A stretch of DNA of 64,000 nucleotides, from positions 1 through 64,000 of the forward strand of contig NIVC01001593.1 in assembly GCA_002269645.1 (NCBI GenBank), read 5' to 3'. The position numbers and the translations under genes were made by a program. The stretch comes from Macrostomum lignano (lineage: Eukaryota). Of the stretch, positions 55,601 to 64,000 are shown piece by piece (the first letter of the stretch is position 1; each line of letters opens with the position of its first letter). The notes under the pieces were generated by a model. It worked only from the letters and a program-made list of their open reading frames with translations, searched no databases and was not told the origin of the DNA.

Positions 55601-58309
55601 AGGGCGATTCTCAGTGTGGGTGAGAGGGCGATTCTCAGTGTGGGTGAGAGGGCGATTCTCAGTGTGGGTGAGAGGGCGATTCTCAGTGTGGGTGAGAGGG
55701 AGGGCGATTCTCAATGTGGGTGAGAGGGAGGGTGATTCTCAGTGTGGGTGAGAGGGAGGGTGATTCTCAGTGTGGGTGAGAGGGAGGGCGATTCTCAATG
55801 TGGGTGAGAGGGCGATTCTCAGTGTGGGTGAGAGGGCGATTCTCAATATGGGTGAGAGGGAGGGCGATTCTCAGTGTGGGTGAGAGGGCGATTCTCAGTG
55901 TGGGTGAGAGGGCGATTCTCAGTGTGGGTGAGAGGGCGATTCTCAGTGTGGGTGAGAGGGCGATTCTCAGTGTGGGTGAGAGGGCGATTCTCAGTGTGGG
56001 TGAGAGGGCGATTCTCAGTGTGGGTGAGAGGGAGGGCGATTCTCAATGTGGGTGAGAGGGCGATTCTCAGTGTGGGTGAGAGGGCGATTCTCAATATGGG
56101 TGAGAGGGAGGGCGATTCTCAGTGTGGGTGAGAGGGCGATTCTCAGTGTGGGTGAGAGGGCGATTCTCAGTGTGGGTGAGAGGGCGATTCTCAGTGTGGG
56201 TGAGAGGGCGATTCTCAGTGTGGGTGAGAGGGCGATTCTCAGTGTGGGTGAGAGGGAGGGCGATTCTCAATGTGGGTGAGAGGGCGATTCTCAGTGTGGG
56301 TGAGAGGGAGGGTGATTCTCAGTGTGGGTGAGAGGGCGATTCTCAGTGTGGGTGAGAGGGCGATTCTCAATATGGGTGAGAGGGAGGGCGATTCTCAGTG
56401 TGGGTGAGAGGGCGATTCTCAGTGTGGGTGAGAGGGCGATTCTCAGTGTGGGTGAGAGGGCGATTCTCAGTGTGGGTGAGAGGGCGATTCTCAGTGTGGG
56501 TGAGAGGGCGATTCTCAGTGTGGGTGAGAGGGAGGGCGATTCTCAATGTGGGTGAGAGGGCGATTCTCAGTGTGGGTGAGAGGGAGGGTGATTCTCAGTG
56601 TGGGTGAGAGGGCGATTCTCAGTGTGGGTGAGAGGGCGATTCTCAATATGGGTGAGAGGGAGGGCGATTCTCAATGTGGGTGAGAGGGCGATTCTCAGTG
56701 TGGGTGAGAGGGCGATTCTCAGTGTGGGTGAGAGGGAGGGTGATTCTCAGTGTGGGTGAGAGGGAGGGCGATTCTCAGTGTGGGTGAGAGGGCGATTCTC
56801 AGTGTGGGTGAGAGGGCGATTCTCAGTGTGGGTGAGAGGGAGGGTGATTCTCAGTGTGGGTGAGAGGGAGGGCGATTCTCAGTGTGGGTGAGAGGGCGAT
56901 TCTCAGTGTGGGTGAGAGGGCGATTCTCAGTGTGGGTGAGAGGGCGATTCACAGTGTGGGTGAGAGGGCGATTCTCAATATGGGTGAGAGGGAGGGTGAT
57001 TCTCAGTGTGGGTGAGAGGGCGATTCTCAGTGTGGGTGAGAGGGCGATTCTCAGTGTGGGTGAGAGGGAGGGCGATTCTCAGTGTGGGTGAGAGGGCGAT
57101 TCACAGTGTGGGTGAGAAGGCGATTCTCAATATGGGTGAGAGGGAGGGTGATTCTCAGTGTGGGTGAGAGGGAGGGTGATTCTCAGTGTGGGTGAGAGGG
57201 AGGGTGATTCTCAGTGTGGGTGAGAGGGAGGGCGATTCTCAGTGTGGGTGAGAGGGAGGGTGATTCTCAGTGTGGGTGAGAGGGAGGGCGATTCTCAATG
57301 TGGGTGAGAGGGAGGGTGATTCTCAGTGTGGGTGAGAGGGAGGGTGATTCTCAGTGTGGGTGAGAGGGAGGGTGATTCTCAGTGTGGGTGAGAGGGAGGG
57401 CGATTCTCAATGTGGGTGAGAGGGAGGGCGATTCTCAATGTGGGTGAGAGGGTCCTGCGCTCTAGGGGATTAAGGATAGACAAAGGCGTGAATATAGGCA
57501 AGCAAAGTAACAAACGACTCACATTCCAATCCAGAGAAGTGACATCCTTGTTGCTAGGCACATCGAGGCCGCCTTTACTAATGCAATGCTTCAGCACCAG
57601 CTGCTTCTTGGCCTCGCCGGCCGAGGCCAGGTCCGTGGCGTCCCAGATTCGGGCCGTTGAATCTCCGGATCCCGAGGCCAGCAAGTCGGTCTTGGGATTC
57701 CAAGCGCAGATGAACACCTCGGACTCGTGACCGCGCAGCACCGTCACCCTGTTGGCTGGGAAGTAGCCTCCACCACCGCCGCCTCCGCTGCTCTCCGCGT
57801 CCATAGCAACGGCCTGGTGATGGTTGCTATGGTCATCTTCGCCGCCGTTATGCGCCTCAGGTTTCATTCGGCCTCCGCCTCGTCGATTTCGCTCAGCTTC
57901 GGCGACCTGCTTTTTGCGCATGTCAACAACCTCTGGCATCACCGAGTCGATTAGGGACAGGGACTCCACCACTCTCTCTGAGCCGCCATCGCCTATGCTG
58001 ATTTCGGCCTCGGTGTACTGCAGGCCCTTCTGGATGATCTGCAACAGAGCGGCCGGCGGCACCATGGAGCCGTTGATGTTCGTGCTGGAGATGTGGCTCT
58101 CGACACCGAATAGGTAGGCAGAGTGCAGGTAGCCTGCGGTGCACGAGTTTGATAGAAATTGTAACAGAATTTCAAGAAAACGTTTCGTTTGATAATTAAT
58201 GAAGACTTCTTGGTAATATGTATTATGTAACAAGTTGCATGAAATGCCTACCTGACTCCTGAAGATATCTAAACACGAGAAAGTTGACTTCATCACTGCT
58301 AAAACTCAT
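49617..58309 (-). CDS. TBL1XR1: TBL1/TBL1XR1 (ebi) LisH-WD40 corepressor subunit, 9 exons, 504 aa
   Basis: Exons 58309-58252, 58133-57523, 52973-52910, 52825-52728, 51674-51614, 51510-51186, 50405-50240, 50168-50067, 49646-49617; GT-AG, phases consistent (1515 nt). [80 protein letters not shown]. Confidence 0.95.
49850..50020. repeat. 31-bp minisatellite AGTACACATGTACTTTTAACCCAGGTGCATT, TBL1 intron 8
   Basis: About 5 units visible. Confidence 0.85.
50470..51120. repeat. 29-bp minisatellite GAGGATCTGGGAGGCTGGCTGCTCAGCCT, TBL1 intron 6
   Basis: Directly visible. Confidence 0.97.
51715..52655. repeat. 24-bp minisatellite GTGAACTGATGCCCCTGTGAATAT, TBL1 intron 4
   Basis: Directly visible, with an end-to-end variant gradient. 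Confidence 0.97.
53005..57430. repeat. 4.4-kb 24/28-bp minisatellite GGGCGATTCTCAGTGTGGGTGAGA(GGGA), TBL1 intron 2
   Basis: Directly visible; variant units (AAT, AATAT, CAC) recur in higher-order patterns. Confidence 0.97.
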
Positions 58310-59591
58310 TGCATTGGATTCCAATTAGTCTGCTAGCCAATGGCGAATTGCAGATTGCTGCGATCCTGAAGTCATTTTAATTTATGTTTATTATTGCCAC
58401 ACTTATGGCTATACCATTTTTATTAGTGCAATAATTTGTTCACCCTTGACTTGGTATAGCCATTAGCATTGCAGTAGCAACTATAATAATATATGCTATT
58501 CTATGCCTATGTCAGTTTTAAGTAATACTTGGCTTTGAGTTTGGTTTAAAAGTAGGCTAGCAGTATAATATACTTTACAAACTCCCTTTAACTATGCTAG
58601 ATATTATCTGTAATAATCACATTTAAACAGGGTTCTTTATTTCATAGCTAATAACTATAAATTAGTATTTCTATTTATTTTTAAAGCTTTTAATATAATA
58701 GATATAATAGTATTGGCATTACCTATAAACATTTATAATCCCTAATATCTGCTAGATAGACAAAAATTTTCTAAAAAAGTTTCTCTATTGATAAACTGAT
58801 ATAAAGCTAAGGAACCCAGTAATTATCCTTTTTACCTTATTTCAATTATAGCATAAGCAAGTCTAGTCAAAAGAAGCCTTGTTCTCTATAATCTAAAAGA
58901 AAAACAATATAAAAATAATATTTAGACATTCTTTTCATTTCTATTCTCTTAAATTTAAATTTTAGTTATATTTATTCCTACTATAGTTTATAGACAGATA
59001 ATAATTGGTAGGCCCTTAGCTTTTATCTTATTGGCTATAGGATATTTTAGCAAAGTAATGTTTTAGTAAATCACAAAAGTTTTATTTTCTGCAAAGCATT
59101 ATAATGTTTTGGAAAATTCAAAAAGGTATTAAAAATAACAAAGTTAAAGTAACAAATAGGTAGAAAGGAGATAGGGAAAGTAGGCTTGGCAATTGTATCA
59201 TATCTAAAATGATGGCAAAGCCTAGAGATAGCTTATATTATACACTATATGTGCTTGCATTAGTCAAGTGATTTGAAAAAATTGTGACATTCTTATTGAC
59301 TAAAATATACAATCATGCAAATTAAATGCAATAATGTATATTTTATTTGTAATATGATAAAAAAGACTTTTCATATCTTTTCTGCCATTTTTCTTTTTTT
59401 AAATTGGCTTTTGAAAATAATATAATTGCAAAATAGAAAATAAATTTAAAAAAACTAGAAAAAATATGATTTTAACAACAGAGTAGGCCTACCTATAGAC
59501 ACAGTGGCTGTGTCTATAATATTTGAGCTTATAGGCATGGCTATAATCATCAATATAAAATGCATGTTTTGTAGGGCCCTCTTATAAGCAA

Positions 59592-59658
59592 GTGGTGGCT
59601 TAGTGAGTATGTTGATTGCCTTGTGATTGCAAGTAGCTAGGTTTGAATCCCAAGTGGT
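59592..59658 (+). pseudogene. Decayed tRNA-like sequence (His-like GTG loop) or SINE head
   Basis: A-box-like TGGCTTAGTGAGT, TTGCC-TTGTGAT-TGCAA arm, and T-arm-like CTAGG-TTTGAAT-CCCAA. Confidence 0.45.
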
Positions 59659-60701
59659 TGAAGTTTTTTTTAATTTGAATTTTTTTAGCAAACAGAAAAT
59701 TTTCTATCTTGAACTTTTTAAGTTTAAAAAATAAATTAAAATAAATTAAATTAATTTTATTAATAAGAGTAACACTAAATCTTAAAGTGCGACAAATATG
59801 TATCGAAAAATTATTTCTTTCCAGTAGCTACATATATAATTGTGGCGGCACTCTTAAGAATTAATTTAATTTAATTTTTTAAAAAAACTAAAATAAAAAA
59901 CTCAGACTTTTCAATCAATCAATCTTTTCACCTGATTGATGATTATATACATGCCAGGTTGCAGATGGTATGCATGTATGCCAGAACTTTTCTGGCATAC
60001 AAAACGGCCACCCTAAGTCCTTGGCGTATACAATCGATGTACACAACCCTTGGCGCACTTTGTTGGCGTACACTATTGGCATACACAAGTAACACAGCCA
60101 TGCATACTTTTTTGGCGTATAAATTTTGGTGAATAAATTCATGCCGTGCATGAAAATTGTAATGTAAATTAATGTTTTTATGTAAAGTAAAGGAAAATTT
60201 ATGTTGTCAATGATAAACTTTTTGCTTCTTTTAAATTAATAATAAATAAAATTAGTGTAAATTTTTGCTAAGAGTATTAATTTTGCATCATATTTTTTGT
60301 AGGTATAATTTAAGTTTGTTTAAATTGAAAATATTCATAATATCTTAAAAACACTTTTCATACGAAAGCCTTTCTTAGAAAACTCTACTTGTGAAAACTG
60401 AATGCCCTTTTTTAAGAATTATTTGTGTACATTTTAGTGCAACTTTTTGTTTTTGGTGTACACTGGCATACAAAGTCCTTGACACCTGAATTTTTTCTGG
60501 CATACACGGGTACATGATCCATACACTGGTATACATGGCGATGGTAGCCATGCCTATAAGCTCCAATATTAGAGACAGGGCCATCCACCATGTCTCTAAG
60601 TGTGAACCCATTCAATATTAATGACATGGCCACCCACCATGTTTCTAAGTGTGAACCCTGTGGCAGGCGGATGCCACTATTGATTTTTAGTGAATGGGAC
60701 C

Positions 60702-61373
60702 TGTGACGGTGACTAATTTTGACTGTCCGCGTGATGCTTCGTTTCTGTTTTTTTCCTTAGCATGGTTCGAGTCCAACCTTTCCCCGAGTTGGACTTCGTC
60801 CATCGGGTTTGTCCACCGTTTAATCCACGCGGTGTTCATGCATGCCCTCATACTGGAGGTTTGTTAAAATGCGCTCATTACGGTAACTTTTGCGAAAATC
60901 CATGTTGTGAATGGTGCGTGCCCATCACCTAGCCCAGCCGTTGCTCCATTGTGAGAACCATTTCTGCGGTCTATTTAAACCCCTTATCTTTTGGTGTAAT
61001 TGCTCTCTCTCTCCCTCTCTCTCCCGCTCCCTTTCTCTTCCTCTTCTGTGCCCGCGTTTTTTTTCCTTTCTGTTTGTACTTAATATTCAGCGCGCCCAGT
61101 TGTATTAAATCCCGATCGCATTCAGCACCCAGGTACCGCCTGCGAACATCATCCTCGTTGATAATAATAATATTATTTACTTTCGCCTGCTTACAGTTAA
61201 TAATAATAACGTTAACCATTAACCATACATTAATCTATATTTATCCGTTGACATTAAGCCATAGCATTTTATTGAATCATTTGCCTGTGGGGCATAAAAT
61301 AACCAAGTCCTCATCTCAAAGATAGCTCTGGGACTTATCCGTTCTGTAATACGTAAATTACGGTGGTGGCAGC
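60702..61373 (+). mobile_element. Probable 5' LTR and PBS-like motif of the Gypsy element; boundaries uncertain
   Basis: TGTGACGG start at 60702, TATTTAAA at ~60971, ATTAAA at ~61104, TGGTGGCAGC at 61364-61373; the second LTR is outside the window, so ends cannot be confirmed. Confidence 0.35.
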
Positions 61374-61785
61374 AACTACCCTACTGAAAGTAGCAAACTC
61401 AGCTATTCGACGCATTATTTTACAGAGTCAGGAATCTCCAATTACAGTGTTTCATCGATTTGAACGACCTCGCCGCTACACGACCACTCCGCTACGATTA
61501 CGACTACCCTCCCCCCGGACTTGAGAACCCGGCAGCCGGAGTAAAAGGAGAAAGATTTTCCTGTTGAGATTCGTCTGCGCGATTTTCCCGGTTTTATTCG
61601 TGCGAACTCAACATTCGGCGGAAATTCAAACGAGGAATCTGCCCCAGCTCACTGGTGTCAGCAAATTTTCAAAACCGCCCAATTTCCAAGAAAATCTCCT
61701 CCACCCCCGCCTCATTGGTGGTCAGCTAAGTGGGATAACGAGACGCCAAAACCCTTTCAACGAGTTGTTCAAACGCTACACTACT

Positions 61786-63177
61786 ATGGCTTCAACTAAT
61801 ACTAATTCAACGACCGCGGACGCGACAGCCGACGCCGCGGGCCCCGACAACTCAACGACAAGACCGGCCTACGACGAGATGATTCGCGCGGTGACCGAAG
61901 AGGTGCGCCGGCGACTGGAGCAGACCAGCCTGGGCCAGCCGCAACACCATCATCATGTGTACCAGCAGCCCCAGCAGCAGGATCGAGCTCCAGCGCCGAA
62001 ACCGGTCAAGATTCAGCAGTATACGCAGAACCAGGAATTCGACGTCTGGATCCAGGCTCTGGAGGAGCGTTGCAAGCTCAACGGGATCACAGACGACAAA
62101 CGCAAGAAGGCGGAGGTCCTCGTGAATCTGGACATCGCCACCACCTATCCCGCAGTCGTCAGGATGGAGCTGCCAGATAATCTAACGTTTGGTGAGTTCA
62201 AACAGCGATTGTCTGAACGTTTTACGCATGTGGCCGACACGCTGGAGTACCGGGAGCAGTTCCGAAGCTGCCAGCAAGGCAAGAACGAGAGCGTTGACGA
62301 CTATGGCGATCGACTAATTGCTCTGGCCGATAGAGCATTTCCGCATTTTACCCCGGTTCAGAAGCAGGCTGAACTGGTGGATCAGTTCACAGTGGGAGTG
62401 CGGATTGCTCAGTCGGCGAGAGAACAGCTAATCCTGGTGCGACCGCAGAATCTGACCGCAGCGAGACGGGCCGTGCTACGCTTGGAGACAGCAGCTAGCC
62501 TGGCTCAGCGAGTAGCACCGCCGCCAGCAGCGAGACATGTCCGGGTCCTCGAAGATGACAATGGTCAGACGCCCACTGTGGTGCAACACGACAAGTCATC
62601 TCGGCCCGAGGAGAACTGGTTGCGTGAAGTGATGGAACAACAAGCCGAAACTCTGCAGGAGCAGCGACGCCTACTGGAGACATTGAGTAACGAGATGCGA
62701 GAATTCTACTCACGGGGATCGCGCGACAACGACACCCCGGAGCCATTGGAGCCTCGCCACCAGCCGCGGGACTCGTGGGGCCAACGCTCCAGATGTCTGG
62801 TACCCTCGACTCCTCGCCGCAGCGCTGACGGAAGCGCCCAATTTACGACACCCGGCACGCGAATGGTGCCACAGCAACCGTTCCATCGACTTCAGCAACC
62901 ACGAGACGGCAGCAACCCGCCGCCGAGAACGCCGCCAGCAGGAGGTCCACGTCAGCAGCAGCAGCAGCAGCAGCAGCAGCCGAGTTCAAGGCCGCCGCCT
63001 TACCAGTTGCGACGGCAGAATGCCATGTGTTACAGGTGCAATCGCGAGCATCGTGCCGATGAGTGCCCGCACCGGCGGTCGGCCAGCACCGCGTCCCAGC
63101 GCAACGGCAGCTCGGGAAACGGGACGGCTGGACGCGCCATCGGGGGCAGCGCCATCCAGCAGCCGCGCCAGCACTGA
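61786..63177 (+). CDS. gag: Ty3/Gypsy Gag (capsid plus zinc knuckle)
   Basis: Uninterrupted ORF from ATG 61786; capsid-like FRSCQQGKNESVDDYGDRLIALADRAF...VDQFTVGV; CYRCNREHRADEC knuckle. Confidence 0.9.
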   Translation: MASTNTNSTTADATADAAGPDNSTTRPAYDEMIRAVTEEVRRRLEQTSLGQPQHHHHVYQQPQQQDRAPAPKPVKIQQYTQNQEFDVWIQALEERCKLNGITDDKRKKAEVLVNLDIATTYPAVVRMELPDNLTFGEFKQRLSERFTHVADTLEYREQFRSCQQGKNESVDDYGDRLIALADRAFPHFTPVQKQAELVDQFTVGVRIAQSAREQLILVRPQNLTAARRAVLRLETAASLAQRVAPPPAARHVRVLEDDNGQTPTVVQHDKSSRPEENWLREVMEQQAETLQEQRRLLETLSNEMREFYSRGSRDNDTPEPLEPRHQPRDSWGQRSRCLVPSTPRRSADGSAQFTTPGTRMVPQQPFHRLQQPRDGSNPPPRTPPAGGPRQQQQQQQQQPSSRPPPYQLRRQNAMCYRCNREHRADECPHRRSASTASQRNGSSGNGTAGRAIGGSAIQQPRQH

Positions 63178-63185
63178 AGTCCCCG
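63114..63185 (+). other. Predicted -1 programmed ribosomal frameshift signal
   Basis: G GGA AAC heptamer in the gag frame at 63114-63120, 6-nt spacer, stem 63127-63132/63155-63160 and second stem 63141-63147/63179-63185. Confidence 0.75.
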
Positions 63186-64000
63186 CCGAGGACTTTAGTC
63201 GCTCAGCAGGCCACTGCTGAGACAGCCTCCGCCGCACCTGTACAGAACTCTGCACCCAAGCGACCTCGGAGAGATCCGTTTTTAACTGGTGAGATTCAAG
63301 GCCGCTATTTTGCTTTCTTGCTTGATACCGGGTCCAAGTGTGAAGTCCTAGGATTCAGCACCTGGCACCGCCTATGTACTGACGACCCGACCCTGCGTGG
63401 CCAAATCAAGCCCTGCCTTCAGCGCATCGTGACCTACAATGGTGAGCCAATTCAGATGGCAGGAGAACTATCTATCAAAGTGAAGATTGGTAATTTCGAG
63501 CCTACAGTCAAGTTTCTGCTAGCGAAAGGATCGCATGACAACATTCTGGGCTTCGAGTTCCTGGAGAAGTACAGCACATCACTGGACCTCGCCGCCGGAA
63601 TGCTGTTTTTCAAGGACGGCACAGCCGCACCGCTTCGCTACACGCGAACCGAAGCTACAACGTGCAGAATCTACACGGCCGAGAGCACCACTGTGCCGCC
63701 GTTATCATCTGCCCGAATTAAAATCAAATTAGCCAAAGGACGAGAAGAAAACCAGGGTACACCCGCCGTGATCGAGCCGCTGAAACCGGCTCGTCGCGAA
63801 GAAGATGTGCAGCACTTGGACGCCGCGCCTGCCCTGATTTCCATGGCTAATGGAGAAGGCGCTATCGAAATGATCAACCGTGGCACTACAGCCATCAAAG
63901 TGCGAGCGAATGCCCTAGTCGGGATTGCTAGACCAAGCAGACTGCCCGAGCTACATTTCTTCCCGCTGCTGAAATCAGAAGACTCTGTCAATCAAATCCA
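63114..64000 (+). CDS. pol: Ty3/Gypsy Pol N-terminus (aspartic protease) in the -1 frame, runs off the window
   Basis: Stop-free frame read by hand to 64000; FLLDTGSKCEVLG and DNILGFEFLEKY protease motifs. Confidence 0.9.

Noticed and set aside
60692-60700. GAATGGGAC, matching the HDV ribozyme 3' end
   Set aside because: No complementary P2 strand or P1/P3 helices upstream.

Overview
Metazoan gene region with GC-rich exons and minisatellite-packed introns; the architecture suggests a flatworm such as Macrostomum (inference only). Hand-spliced gene models with consistent phases: prominin (+, 9 exons, 19769-38435), TBL1/ebi (-, 9 exons, 49617-58309), DNAL4 (+, 3 exons), a class A GPCR (-, 2 exons), an intronless secreted IL-17-like cystine-knot protein (+), and two orphan membrane-protein genes (partial). 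Mobile DNA: a hAT-type non-autonomous element with TIRs and 8-bp TSD, a CAGT-ended MITE whose terminus became a minisatellite, a Buster-like MITE, tRNA-derived SINE copies, a decayed RTE-like LINE fragment, and an intact Ty3/Gypsy 5' half with a GGGAAAC -1 frameshift signal. About 20 distinct tandem arrays account for most long ORFs in the track, which are artefacts. The most unusual signal is sharply bounded CpG-free, TpA-rich patches (up to about 1.4 kb) whose repeat relics show CpA/TpG->TpA as well as CpG changes, resembling RIP-like hypermutation, while other AT-rich DNA in the window keeps its CpGs. All counts and alignments were done by eye.
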